From the NCBI RefSeq assembly GCF_006345805.1, contig NC_042997.1, positions 174,902,001-174,966,000 of the forward strand: a DNA stretch of 64,000 bases, given 5' to 3'. Under the pieces are notes generated by a model. The model was not told the DNA's origin. It saw nothing but the letters and a program-made list of their open reading frames with translations, and searched no databases. Positions 25,752 to 39,273 of this stretch are shown in pieces. The position numbers were made by a program, and so were the translations under genes. This stretch comes from Octopus sinensis (lineage: Eukaryota). Within the stretch, counting starts at the first letter, position 1, and every line of letters begins with the position of its first letter.

Positions 25752-25852
25752 TCAGGAGTGGCTGTGTGGTAGGCAGCTTGCTTACCAACCACAGTGTTCC
25801 GGGTTCAGTTCCACTGCGTCGCACCTTGGGCAAGTGTCTTCTACTATAGCCT
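25752..25852 (+). mobile_element. Family B SINE 5' fragment
   Basis: gagtggctgtgtggtaggcagcttgcttaccaacc...caccttgggcaagtgtcttctac. Confidence 0.85.
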
Positions 25853-25854
25853 AC

Positions 25855-26580
25855 TAGTACGTGCACAAGCGATATATTAATTTGACACACGGTGAAAGGA
25901 AAGAGTTGTTAATGTTTCGAGCATAGCTTTTCGTCGGAAAAAGTAAAGTCCAACGGAAAACAAGAAATATATAAGGAAAAATCGCCAGCAATCCACGTGT
26001 TTTACATTTCTGAGGTGTGAATATAGATGTAGATGTGGTTTCATGGCGAGGAGGAAGAAAAAGAAAGGAGAGTGGAAGGAGAACTGAAGTAAAGTCGAGT
26101 GAAGAGAAGAGAAAGAGTTACGGATAGATTATTATGATTCACAATCAAAGGTGCTGAAATGACGTACTCCGAATGAATAAAAAAAGTGACGTAATCCAAT
26201 GGTAGAGAGAAATCTTTGAATCAGGTACTCCAAAACAATATAATTCCTGCCACTGGTCACTCCAAGATATTTCTCAAACCTAATCACGCAAAATTATCGA
26301 AGGCCATTAAAAATTGTTTAATTTTTTTGTGTTTGTTCAAGTCTTATATCTCACCGGATTCTAGGTGGGGATAAAGCTGTGCCGATGATGTCCATTAAAT
26401 CAGAAATAGTAATTTACAGCTGTCTTCGGGCAAACAATGGTCTTTTCCTTAATTGGATGTTAAGCACCAGGAATTGCTGATCGCGTTGGAGTTATCTTCC
26501 CCTCCCATTCAAAGTTGATTCGAACTGCTGCAAAGTGCTTTACCTTTCTTTCGAAGGTAAGATGATTTTAATAAATCAAG
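25855..26580 (-). mobile_element. Probable Penelope-like element remnant (pseudo-LTR with mutated hammerhead core CCGACGA-aaagc-tat-gct-CGAAAC)
   Basis: Minus-strand motif at about 25905-25937; the rest is decayed coding-like sequence without clear motifs. Confidence 0.35.
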
Positions 26581-26759
26581 GACTTTTATCTATCTGTCTA
26601 TCTTTCTATCTATCTAGCTAGCTAGCTATCCATCTATTTACACACAAATATAAATGTATATGTGTATATGTGTGTGTGGTGTGCCTGAGTGGTGCGTTGT
26701 TAGATGGTGAGGTGTGTCTATAAACTCACACATGAATATGTGTATATATATATATATTC

Positions 26760-26960
26760 TTTTATTCTTTTACTTGTTTCAGTCATTTGACTGCGGCAAT
26801 GCAGGGGCACCGCCTTAAAGGGATTTTGTAGTGAAGAAATCGTCCCCTAGTACTTATTCTATCGGTCTTTTTTGCGCCGAACCGAGAACATAAACACACC
26901 AACATCGGTTGTTCAATGATGGTAGGGAGACAAACATAGACACAAAGACCCACACATAAA
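26760..26960 (-). mobile_element. Family B SINE 3' half
   Basis: ttttacttgtttcagtcatttgactgcgg...gcaccgcc...acaccaacatcggttg. Confidence 0.8.
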
Positions 26961-27003
26961 TATATACACATATTCATGTGTGAGCTTATAGACACACCTT
27001 ACC

Positions 27004-27238
27004 TATTTCTTTACTGCCCACAAGGGGCTAAACACAGAGAGGACAAACAAGGACAGACAAACGGATTAAGTCGATTATATCGATCCCAGTGCGTAACTGG
27101 TACTTATTTAATCGACCCCGAAAGGATGAAAGGCAAAGTCAACCTCGGCGGAATTTGAACTCAGAACGTAGCGGCAGACGAAATACCGCTAAGAATTTCG
27201 CCCGGCGTGCTAACGTTTCTGCCAGCTCGCCGCTTTCA
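27004..27238 (-). mobile_element. Family A SINE monomer with 17-bp TSD
   Basis: tatagacacaccttacc at 26987-27003 and 27239-27255. Confidence 0.92.
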
Positions 27239-27329
27239 TATAGACACACCTTACCATCCAACAACACGCCACTCGGGCACACCACATACACATATACACA
27301 TATACATTTATATTTGTGTGTAAATAGAT

Positions 27330-27788
27330 GCTGCCCTGGGTAAAGAGGGTGGATGCTGGAAGACTCTGCGCCATACTACACAAGCAGGAGAAACCAGCCA
27401 TAGCTGTCAGACAATTTCTACAACCACATCACCCCTAACATCTGGTCAACTAATTCTCCTGACTGCAACATCCATGATTATTTTATGTGGGGAGCAGTTG
27501 AGCGAGAAACTAACGAAACTCATTGTAACATCAAAGATGAACTGAAGGCAAGGATTATGGCAGCATTCACCAACTTAAACAAAGCGACCCTTCAAAAGAG
27601 TTGCGGGAGTTTCCGAAGTCGTCTAGAGGCTGTGGTTGAAGCCAATTGTGATTATACTGGATAAATTTATTCTTTAGTATTTCAATATATTTTTTATGTA
27701 ATTTTGGTAAATATCTCTGTTAAAATGAGATGTTGGTGTTATTTTCATTTTTGCGTAATTTAGACGACAGTTTATTCACCGCACCCTG
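27330..27788 (+). mobile_element. Tc1/mariner (maT/DD37D-like) 3' end with TIR
   Basis: Decayed HITPNIW..NSPDCN..DYFMWGAVERETN...KDELKARIMAAF...RSRLEAVVEAN; ends caccctg followed by TA. Confidence 0.85.
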
Positions 27789-27857
<69 letters not shown>

Positions 27858-27940
27858 AACCTTGATGCAATGGTGAACTCCTTTATTATCTGTTGATTAC
27901 CGACACTTACATTATAATTAGTCGGAATTTGTCGTCAGGT

Positions 27941-28010
27941 GTCGATTAGTTTAATGGTTAGAGCAGTCAGCCGGAATTGGAGTGGCGCATGTTTCAATCC
28001 CCTGTGGAGG
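27941..28010 (+). mobile_element. tRNA-like SINE head (A-box and B-box), family unassigned
   Basis: tagtttaatggttagagc ... tgtttcaatccc; no intact cloverleaf. Confidence 0.4.
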
Positions 28011-28227
28011 CTTGCTGACCACTTTTTCCCGCCTTCTAAAGAGTATTTACTCGATTCTTTCAGTTGTCTTTACAACCTTCCTGAATTCGCGACCTCCTAC
28101 ATTTTCTGTATAAATATATATATACAACGGAGTGGCATCATTCGAAAACTAAAGCAATGCGAGGCGCATTATGACAAGAAATGTATTACAACATCTGGTA
28201 GCACACATACATACATATATGTGTGTG

Positions 28228-28278
<51 letters not shown>

Positions 28279-28559
28279 TATGGCATACACCTGATAGCTT
28301 GCCAGTAAGGCGCGTTCACTGGTTCAGTGTTCGTTACTTGACGATTACTTTATTTTATAGACCCCAAAAGAGTGAAATAGAAAATTGATCTTGGTGGTAT
28401 TAAAACTCTGAAGGTAAAGCAACGAGATTAATACTGCAACCTCCAATAAACTCTAGCACTTTCCTCTCCACCCCCAATTTACTCACCGAATGGAACTTGA
28501 AAAAATGTGCATGAGGACTTAGTCGAAGAGGAAAGTGCCTGTCCTAATCTTTTCAGTTG

Positions 28560-29998
28560 CGACCATCATCAACAACTACTTCTGTCTTAACTAGAGGAAA
28601 AATACCTGCCCTTTCTGATCAGAAACAAATGAACCAAAAATTATAAACCATAACCTGCTTAAAAACGATGTAAAAAATGCTAACATCTGTCTTGACTGAA
28701 TATACCTATAGTTTTTTAATAGAAAGTGGCATGTTCCCTAATGAGCAAAAAGGGTGTAAACGAGGGTCCTATGGTTGTAAAGGTCAGCTACTCATCAGTA
28801 AGATGATCTTGGAAGATTGTCACAAACGACACAAGCCTGGATAGACTATAAAAATGCTTTTGATACTCTACCATATGTCTGGATTAAGAAATGTTTGGAA
28901 ATGTATAAAATAGCACCTACTCTGCGAAACGTCTTGTCTGTAATTATGAGATCATGGAGAACCATACTGACTTTGAACAGTGACAATTAATCTCTTAATG
29001 CTGTAGATATAAGAATTTCATATGGCATTTTCCAGGGTGACTCTCTATCACTACTGCTTTTATGTCTAGCCTTAATACCTCTCTCGAATTTGCTCAATGA
29101 TGTACAATACGGTTATAAAATGTTTGATGAAAATATAAATCATCTCATTTACGGATGATTTAAAGCTCTTTGCAAAAAATGACCAACAACTACAGGGCTT
29201 ACTAGCGATTGTTAAACTATTCAGTGATGACATCAGGATGCTATTTGGCCTCGATAAATGTGCAAAAGCTACCTTTATCAAAGGAAAAATGACAGAAACA
29301 TCCAATGGTAATCTTGATCAGCAGAATGTCATAAAGGAATTAGAACCAGCGGAGGGCAACAAATACCTAGGTGTATTTGAAGGGGACGGAATCAAACATT
29401 CAGTGATGAGGGAAAGGATCAGATGAGAATGTTATCGTAGTGTAAGGACAATACTCAAGACAGAGCTGAATGTAAGAAACAGGATCGTAGTGATCAATAA
29501 CTATAGTCATACCACTCGTGACTTACAGTTTCAATATCATTAACTGGTCAATTACTGAAATATGTAATTTTGACAGAAAAGTACGAAAATTGTTGACAAC
29601 GTATAGAACGCACCACCCTAAGGCAGATATAGAACGACTTTATCTGTCAAGAAAAGAGGAAGGCCGGAGACTTTTACAACTGGAATTAACAATGAAGATT
29701 GCCACAATCGGCCTACACACTTACCTGAAAAACTCTGATGACTGGATGTTTAAACTTGTCTCAAAGCATGAAAACAAGAAAGCATCATACCCAGTAATAA
29801 AACAGACAAAGGAATATCTAAGTGAATTCCAAATACAAAACAATTCCAGAATTAGATGTACTAGAAACAAGCACAGAAAAAGCTAAGCGTATAAAAACCC
29901 GTACTAAAACTACTGCCTTAGATCTTCTTAATGATAAATGGCAAGAAAAAAACTCTCAATGGCGAATAGCCAAAAAGAACTAATAGTGCCGATGTTAA
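28560..29998 (+). pseudogene. R4/Dong-clade non-LTR reverse transcriptase pseudogene
   Basis: EQKGCKRGSYGCK.QLLISKMIL, WIDYK.AFD, GIFQGDSLS.LLF, FTDDLKL, FGLDKCAK, YKYLG, HHPKADIERLYL. Confidence 0.9.
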
Positions 29999-29999
29999 C

Positions 30000-30545
30000 A
30001 TTCACCCAGGACTGCAGCTCTGTCAAGGAAACGAGCTGCGGAAGGACGAGCCTCACAAACGGAGCCCACGCACGCTCACCGTCCAGAAATCGTTGCAGGT
30101 GGCATAACCTAAGGGCGTGTCTGCGCATCAAATACCACAGCATACCTAATCTGCCACTCAGAGTATGCTGGCAACAGACTGAAACGCTTCAGCCTGGTCA
30201 ATCAGTAACCGTGACAAGGCACGACGGTCAACGATAAATGATAGCGGAGGTGGTGTAGGTATTCACCACCTCTACTCGACCTTTCAGGGACAGCTTCGTC
30301 TCAGCCCTTTTCTGGGTAAAACTGCCACCTCGCCCCAGTTCTTATCTACCTGGAGGTCGGGACCAAACCAGACAGCGAGCGGTTTAACTGGTCCGTCGGT
30401 CCAGCGCCCGACCACGCCATCCGATGGCATCGACCTGCCTCTCCAGGAGCCCAACCGCAAGCCACCGATTAGTCGTCGTTGATTATAGCCCCTGTAACCG
30501 ACTCATATTCCTTTAGCATGGTGCCGACTGTCTCCACTTCGAAGA
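30000..30545 (-). mobile_element. L1/Tx1 ORF2 fragment (post-RT region)
   Basis: RRHALRLCHLQRFLDGERAWAPFVRLVLPQLVSLTELQSW, matching the copy at 46122-46349. Confidence 0.85.
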
Positions 30546-30547
30546 AT

Positions 30548-30769
30548 AATAATAATCCTTTCTACTAAAGGCACAAGGCCTGCGATCTGGCAGAATGGGA
30601 GTAGTCGATTACACTAACTTCCATGTTTCACTGGTATTTAGTTTATCGACCCCGAAAGCATGAAAGGCAAAGTCGACCTAGGCAGAATTTGAACTCAGAA
30701 CGTAAAGACGGACCAAATGCTACTAAGTATTTGGCCCGACGTACTAATGATTCTGCCAGCTCGCCGCCT
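30548..30769 (-). mobile_element. Diverged family A SINE
   Basis: Core and head motifs on the minus strand. Confidence 0.85.
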
Positions 30770-30774
30770 CCAGT

Positions 30775-30801
30775 ATATACTACTACTACTACTACTACTA
30801 C

Positions 30802-30834
<33 letters not shown>

Positions 30835-30896
30835 TAATAATAATGATGATGATGATGATGATGATGATGATTATGATGATAATAATAGTAATAATA

Positions 30897-30945
<49 letters not shown>

Positions 30946-32111
30946 CAAAGTTTACCCCCGAAATCTCATTAGTTCATTGAAGATAATGTCAATGTGAAGA
31001 TATTTGGTGGAAGGAAGGAAGGAAGGAAGGCAGAGAGGGAGGGTGGAAAGAAGAAAAGAAGGACTGGGTTGTTTATGAGTGACATTAAGCATGGAATTCT
31101 TGAGCAAAGATGAAGACAATGATGTCAAGTTGTTTCGCAGCTTTCAGCTGCGCATGAGGTAGATAACATTCCTTAGTTAGTGGTGAAAGGGTGGTGGCGA
31201 AAGATGAAGAAGTGAGCTTATGATGAAGATGAAGATGAAGGGGGGGCGGACTGACGAAAATGATGGTAGTGGTGGTTGTGGTGGTGGTTGGTGGTGGTGG
31301 TTGTGGAGATAGGTTATGGTTATGATGAAGGTGTTGGTGGTGGTGGTGATGGTGGTGGTGGTGGTGGTGGTGGTGGTGATAGGTTATGGTTATGATGAAG
31401 GTGCTGGTGTTGGTGTTGATGGTTGTGTTGATGGTGTTGGGTTGGAGGGGGACGAGCGTAGGAAGATGGTGAAGGTTGTTGTGGTCGCTAGCTTAGGATA
31501 ATGTGGTGGTGGTGGTCGTCGTCGTCGTGGTCGTGGTCGTCGTCGTTGTCGTCGTGGTCATGGTGGTGGTAATGGTGGTGGTTCGTATACAATTAAGACA
31601 GTTGTGGTTGTAGTTATAGTAGTAATGGTTAGAGTACAATGACAATAGTAGTAGTGGTGGTGGTGAAGATGGTAATGTTTTTGTTCTTGTTGTCGGTGGT
31701 GGTGGTGGTGGTGGTTAAACCCACCCCAAGCCAAGGTCATTCCAGCCGTGACTATCCTGTCTGTCTCCTATATACAGGGAAGTCATGGCTAGATTGTCTG
31801 GCGCGTCTTTGTATTTTTTTTTAGATTGCATGATGTAATTTGAAGGGGGGTTTGGTTGCTATTTCTAGCATGTCGAACGACAGCGATGAATTTTCTTTGT
31901 TGGCTTGAAGCAATTTTATTGTTGTTACTGTTATTTGGGTAGTAGCGGTGGCAGTGGTGATGGTGGTGATGGTGGTGGTGGTGGTGGTGGTGGTACTGCT
32001 GCTGCTGCTGCTACTGCTGCTGGTATTTTGAAGTAGGTAGGATACGTTAATAGGACGGTTGAGATGCTGCTGGTTATTATTTCAATGTTTGGTGATTGCG
32101 ATGGTGACGAC

Positions 32112-32151
<40 letters not shown>

Positions 32152-32182
32152 GTGATGGTGATGATGATGATGATGGTGATGG

Positions 32183-32220
<38 letters not shown>

Positions 32221-32334
32221 GTGATGATGAGATGATGATGATGATGATGATCATGATCATGATGATGGTGATGATGATGGTGATGGTGATGATGATGATG
32301 ATGATGATGATGATAATGATGATGATGGTGATGG

Positions 32335-32382
<48 letters not shown>

Positions 32383-33153
32383 GGAGGAGGAGGAGGAGGA
32401 GGATGTTTGCCAAGGTGGTGAATGGGAGATGGTTGGTCTAGATATTGGTTGTTGGCAGTGGTAGAAGACGGCAACAAAATAATTAACTAATAAATAAATA
32501 AATAAATAAATAAATAATAGATAAATGACAACATATTTTCGGCTACGCAACTTACCCACCACTACCTTCGACCTCACCTCGCACTCCCGTCCGGAATCCC
32601 ACTGCCATCGTTTCAACCCCGCCCCTCAAACCTCTTTCAAAAATCTCAAACAGAAACATTATAATTATCTCTGTTGTGATGCCTTTTTCGCTGTGTTAAT
32701 GATCTCTGAATGTGGCAGCAAGCTGTGGCAAAGGTAAGAATAAACTGAAAAGGGAGGGTAAGGAGAGGAGGTGGGGGTAGGGTGGGGTGTGGATGGGGGG
32801 GGTGTCGGCACGGGGGTGGGAGGGGGTCGAGCAAGAGTTATCTACCATTAGTGTTTGTTTATTGATATGTGTGTGTGTGCTTGTGTGTATGTGTGTACGT
32901 GCGTGTGTGTGTGTGTGTGTGTGTGTGCGCGTGTGTGTTTCAAATAATTATTTGGGTCGGATGGAGGGTGGCAAGGGGCGGTCCAGAAGTTTATTGGGAG
33001 AATAGAGGTAAGAAAGGAAGGAAGGAAATAGAGAAAGAAAGAAAGAAACAAACAAAGTTGGTGGTAGTAGTAATAGTAGTAGTAGTAGTAGTAGTAGTAG
33101 TAAGTAGTAATAGTAGTAGTAGTAGTAGAAGCAGCAGCAGCAGCAGCAGTAGC

Positions 33154-33201
<48 letters not shown>

Positions 33202-33210
33202 CTTGTAGAT
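30775..33210. repeat. Field of trinucleotide and dinucleotide microsatellites (TAA, GAT, GGT, GTA, TG) with short unique spacers
   Basis: Directly visible. Confidence 0.9.
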
Positions 33211-34294
33211 GAAATAGAGTAAATAAAAATTAAGGAAATCCGACCGACAGGCTGTACCTGTAATTTTAAAGGAACTCCAGCATTGTTTGCAACGGATTAC
33301 GTGTATGTGGAATACACAGCCACTGACCCAATATAATACAACAGATATGTAGTTCCGCATGTCAAACACTTGGAATGCACATCGTTAAATACAAGAGAAA
33401 ATCCTGTAATCCACACTGCAGATACAAAGTACAACTGTGTCTGACAAGCCAAGTGGAATACTTAGGTACTCTTCGTCGAAACAGACGGTAGGCCCATTAC
33501 GATCTTCGTCGTATACATTTCAAAGACGAGCATGACTACGATTGTTATATTTGGTTGCTCTGACCATGAGGTTTCAGGTTATTGGACATATTCAGACCTG
33601 CCATCCCTTAGCTTTGAACGAAATTGGGGAAAGAGGTACAGTTTATTTTGTCTTTTGTTTTGAATGAGTGACAATGACGGTTGTTTCGATTTTTGAAAGT
33701 GTTTCCAGCAAGTCCTATATAAAAGCTTTTATCGATACCTTCTAGACGAAGTAATGAATATCTATAAACACTGTCTGTAATATCTGCATTAATATTTTTC
33801 TTTTAATATAAATATTAACTTTATTTCATTCTATCTATTTGTGTGTGTGTTTGTGAGTGCGTGCGTGCGTCTGTGTGTGCGCGCAATCGTGTGTGTGCGT
33901 GTAATGCACTGCATTCTAACATTAAAGTCATCAAGATTCATTTCATTTATTTCATCAGAAAATAAGTAAATAGGACAAAAGTTTCGTTATGTCTTCCAGT
34001 GCGTGACAGATTTTTGCGGCCGTTCGTGCGATTGCAAATACAAAAAGTGCATCCTTAACAGCAAATCGGTTTTGGAAGCCAAGGATAGGAACTTCGCAAT
34101 TGATTTTTTTCATAAGACTATTCCTATAGTGACGTTTAAAATTCTTGATAATTAACTGGTGGCCGCTGGTACACTTGTTTGACACCGCCAGTTGACAGCT
34201 CGACTGTGTTGATAGTGTACGCTCCGATTGTTACTCGCGATTTAAAATCTAACAACATTTTGAGTATTTTTGTTTTGTAACTCTTTGCGAAGTA

Positions 34295-34925
34295 ATGGCA
34301 GGCAATAGTGTGTCCAAAAGGAGGAAGTGGTATATCAAAAATTTCGAGAAGTCATGGTTGGAGGATGCTGAGCTTAAAGATTGGTTACGGCAAAATGATA
34401 AATATCCTGATACCTGCCACTGCGTTTGTTGCAACGTTGTGTTGAAAAATGCTAACAAATCAATGCTGTTAGCTCATAAAAAACACTGCCAAACACAAGA
34501 AAGCTTTTGATTGTGCGAAATCTGCTATTGAATTAGACAGATGATACATTAAATGAAAAAGTAGCTAAGGCAGACTTGCTACTAACAGGTTATGTTGCTG
34601 AACATCACCTACCTTTCATCCATATAAATCACTAAGCTGAAATTTGTAAAAGGCCTTTCCCGATAGTGAAATCGCTAAAAATCTACGAATGAAAAAAACA
34701 AAATTAACATACATTATGCGAGACGGAACTGTACATCATGAACGAAATGAAATCTTGGAAATTGTCAAGAAACGAAAGTTTTCATTATTGATAGATGTGA
34801 ATACGGACATCTCAGTGACACAAATCTTAGCAATAGTTGTTCGCTTTTTTGATGAACAATTGCTTAATGTCAAGGATGCTCCTCTGGATGCAATTGTAGT
34901 AGAAAATGGTTCGTCTCAAGTAAGG
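34295..34925 (+). pseudogene. hAT-superfamily transposase 5' part (zinc finger plus start of catalytic domain), disrupted
   Basis: KSWLEDAELKDWL...CHCVCCNVVL...LLAHKKH; GYVAEHHLPF; FPDSEIAKNLRMKKTKLTYI; KFSLLID..TDISVTQILAIVVRFFD. Confidence 0.85.
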
Positions 34926-34999
34926 AGTCGATGGAAGCAATTCAAATTTGTACGAGTCCATACCTCTTAGAATTCAGGCTGTAATTAGATAAGTTACTC

Positions 35000-35230
35000 T
35001 TTTACACTTTTACTCGTTAACTTGTTTCAGTCATTTGACTGTGGCCATGTTGGAGCACCGCCTTTAGTCGAGAAAATCGACCCCAGGACTTAATCTTTTG
35101 TAAGCCTAGTATTTATTCTATCGGTCTCTTTTGCCGAACCGCTAAGTTACGGGGACGTGAACACACCAGTATCGGTTGTCAAGCAATGTTGGGGGGGGGA
35201 CAAACACAGACACACAAACATATACACACA
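35000..35230 (-). mobile_element. Family B SINE 3' half
   Basis: cttgtttcagtcatttgactgtggccatgttggagcaccgcctttagtcgag...gctaagttacggggacg. Confidence 0.88.
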
Positions 35231-35247
35231 TACACTTACACACGCAG

Positions 35248-35323
<76 letters not shown>

Positions 35324-35364
35324 CGGCTTACCATACAGCCACTTACCACACAGCCACTCCTACG

Positions 35365-35718
35365 CCTATAAGTCGATTATATCGACCTCACTGCGTAACT
35401 GGTACTTATTTAATCGTCCTCGAAAGGATGAAAGGCAAAGTCGACCTCGGCGGAATTTGAACTCGGAACGTAACGGCAGACGAAATACCTATTTCTATTT
35501 CTTTACTACCCACAAGGGGCTAAACACACAGAGGACAAACAAGGACAGACAAACGGATTAAATCGATTATATCGACCCCAGTGCGTAACTGGTACTTAAT
35601 TTATCAGCCCCGAAAGGATGACAGGCAAAGTCGACCTCGGTGGAATTTGAACTCAGAACGTAACAGCAGACGAAATACTGCTAAGCATTTCGCCCAGCAT
35701 GCTAACGTTTCTGCCAGT
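35365..35718 (-). mobile_element. Family A SINE dimer
   Basis: Two core copies joined at gaaatacctatttc; truncated head. Confidence 0.88.
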
Positions 35719-36734
35719 TTTTTGGGGGTTTTTTCAAACCACATCCTACTAATTTTAAAAAAGACAACTTATTGGATAATGTAGTATGTAATCCACTAAG
35801 GTTTAAAATGAGGGGGAGAGGAAAGACGGCGTGATAAGCCTGAAATGTGTTTGATCACCATTCACTTCAGTCAGAACGATTTGGAGCTAAAATTTTAAAA
35901 AATACGTTTCTGTCGTAAAACCGTACATCCACTCCACTTGGACATTGCAATGACTTAGAAATTATTGGTAACAAAACAAGAGAAAAAAAAAACATTCTCT
36001 GTGACTGTCGCATAACAACTAATTAACTTCCATGGTCAAAGGGTTAATTGGCAAGCTACATTAATTAATCCTGCTACAAATGAAAGAACTCAATTTAAAA
36101 TAGAAACAAGTTTACTAATTACTAAAACTCAGAAAACGAAATTGAGAGCAAGAATTAAGAACACAGACTTTTACTGCATTCTGTATCATAACAAATAACT
36201 TGTTCCGCGTAGTGTAAGAGATCGGTGGGCGTTGGAAAGAATTAATGGTTGTGTGCCGTTGTTTTTACCAATTAGAGTTAAAGACCAAATTTACGCCAAT
36301 CTGCATTGTCTATAATGGCCAAAAATTTCGATCAGATAAGATATTATTGGGTTATCTCCCTTTCTCGTCGTTTTCAGATTTTAACAAGCTGAACCCTGAA
36401 AGAGGTCAGCAAAGCCTGTGCACACACAAGCACACATACATGCAGCCACATGGTTGTACACGCACAACCACACTCACACATACACACACATAGGCGCAGA
36501 CGCACGCAGACACACACACACACACATGTACACACACAGACCTATCCGTCATCATCACCGTCACACCTACTCCTAAACAACAGACGCCTACGCACACGCA
36601 TATAATCAACGAGATCTCAGATAGGCAAACACGGCCTCCGTAATGAACTGGGAGAGAAGGCACTGAAAAGGTTGCGATTAGCAACGAACGCACTTTGACA
36701 AACAACAACAAAAAAAGCAATTGACTGTTTAACC

Positions 36735-37575
36735 TATTTCTTTACTACCCACAAGGGGGCGAAACACAGAGAGGACAAACAAGGACAGACAAACGGATTA
36801 AGTCGATTATATCGACTCCAGTGCGTAACTGGTACTTATTTAATCGACCCCGAAAGGATGAAAGTCGACCTCGGCGGAATTTGAACTCAGAACGTAGTGG
36901 CAGACGAAATACCTATTTCTTTACTACCCACAAGGGGGCTAAACACAGAGAGGACAAACAAGGACAGTCAAACAGATTAAGTCGATTATATCGACCCCAG
37001 TGCGTAACTGGTACTAATTTAATCAACCCCGAAAGGATGAAAGGCAAAGTTAACCTCGGTGGAATTTGAACTCAGAACGTAGCGGCAGACGAAATACCTA
37101 TTTCTTTATTACCCACAAGGGGCTAAACATAGAGGGGATGAACAAGGACAGACATAGGTATTAAGTCGATTACATCGACCCCAGTGCGTAACTGGTACTT
37201 AATTTATCGACCCCGAGAGGATGAAAGGCAAAGTCGATCTGGGCGGAATTTGAACTCAGAACGTAGCGGAAGACGAAATACCTATTTCTTTACTACCCAC
37301 AAAGGGCTAAACACAGAGGGGACAAACCAGGACAGACAAAGGGATTAAGTCGATTATATCAACCCCAGTGCGTAGCTGGTACTTATTTAATCGACCCCGA
37401 AAGGATGAAAGGCAAAGTCGACCACGGCGGAATTTGAACTCAGAACGTAGCGGCAGACGAAATACCGCTAAGCATTTCGCCCGGTGCGCTAACCACTCTG
37501 CCAGCTCGCCGCCTTTGGAAGACGAAATACCGCTAGGCATTTCGCCCGGCTTGCTAACGTTTCTGCCAGCATGCC
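36735..37575 (-). mobile_element. Family A SINE tetramer with doubled head, single 14-bp TSD
   Basis: Units start at about 36732, 36911, 37096, 37280 (periods 179-185 bp); ttgactgtttaacc at 36721-36734 and 37576-37589. Confidence 0.93.
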
Positions 37576-38104
37576 TTGACTGTTTAACCAACAACCCAAA
37601 GAAACGATCGGGTAGTTAGTTGGATAGATATTCAACCAAATGACTAATAATGCAGGAGTGGAATTGAACAGGTGCATGTGTTATTTAATATTGGTGTAAT
37701 AACCCACCCTAGATAAAACAAAATAGAATTCAAAACTACCACAAAAAGTATTGTTGTTCTTTTGAGTATGATTTAGCTACTATTTCTACCATGTCAAGGC
37801 ACCACATAAAAGGCTTCCTCGTTTCTTCGTCATTTGTATTGCTTTGTCGTGTCTTTTGGTCTGGACTGAATTCGTCTGGTATTGATTTGACCTCTGTTCT
37901 GTTAATCTCTCTTCCACGCGGTAACCACTCGGCGATTACTGCAAAAGTAACCAATATATAGCTTATATTTGGCAACGAACTATAAATTTCACAATATAAG
38001 TTAATCCATTACTTACAAAGGGATCCTTCATCATTTTCGTTTTGTCGTTTTTAGCTTTCTTTTATGATATTTTCTTATTCATCGCTGTTAATAGATATTT
38101 CTCG

Positions 38105-38248
38105 AGACTAGGAGAAGCCATATATGTGTGTTCATATATATATATATATATATATATTATATTATATATATAATACATACATATATATATATATATATAT
38201 ATTATATATACATATATATATATATATATCAATATATATAATATATAT

Positions 38249-38302
<54 letters not shown>

Positions 38303-38325
38303 TATATATATATACATACATACAT

Positions 38326-38378
<53 letters not shown>

Positions 38379-38880
38379 ATATATACATACATACATATAT
38401 ATGCATATATATATATATATATATATCACATATAAATACATATACATCTAACTATCAGATAGAAAATTATTTCTTTCCTAGTATATAAATATATATATAT
38501 ACACACAAATATATACATATACATACATATATAAATGCATATATTTATATATATATATACACATATATATAATATACATATATATATACATATATATATA
38601 CACATATGTATATACATATATATATATATATACATATATACATATATATATACCACCCCACATTATATACATATATTATACACATATGTATATATATATA
38701 TATATTATATATATACATATATATATATAATATATTATAGATATATAGATATACATATATAGACACACATATATCTATACATATATATATGTGCACATTT
38801 ATAGATACACATGCATACATAAACACACACGCACAAATACACATACATACACACACACATACATATATATAAATATATAT
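38105..38880. repeat. Long degenerate (TA)n/(CA)n tract
   Basis: Directly visible. Confidence 0.95.
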
Positions 38881-38889
38881 CGCAATTCG

Positions 38890-39226
38890 CCTCATTGTTA
38901 CTGGTTCCATTATCTTTACTTGGATACTTTCATAAGACCTAGAGTAGATGTTTTTAACAGTTTTCTAGCTGCAGAATTGTCCTTATCTCTCTCTATATAC
39001 TCGTAGTAATTTTTCTATCTCTTATTTTGGCTGATGTATTCTAAATGCAGTCATTGGCAGTCATTATTTTTCTTGTTTTCCTGTCTAGCCTCACTAATTC
39101 GTTTAGCGTCCAGTTGAGAATATTAGAGCTATAATTTATTACTGAAACACCAAGAGTATCCATACTTATTTTATTATCTTTATTATTATTTTCATCATCA
39201 CCATTATTATAATAATAATAATTATA

Positions 39227-39273
<47 letters not shown>

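Noticed and set aside
33555-33590. Other hammerhead-like strings (33555-33590 minus, 59470-59510 minus, 5000-5060 plus, 24400-24450 minus)
   Set aside because: Core nucleotides are mutated or stem I/II is not formed; not supportable individually
33955-34185. 76-aa minus-strand ORF divergent from the hAT transposase
   Set aside because: It lies in the presumed 5' subterminal region of the hAT element and has no recognisable motif
36735-37575. Regularly spaced repeats resembling a CRISPR array
   Set aside because: The units are whole SINE bodies of about 184 bp with no unique spacers; eukaryotic context, no cas genes
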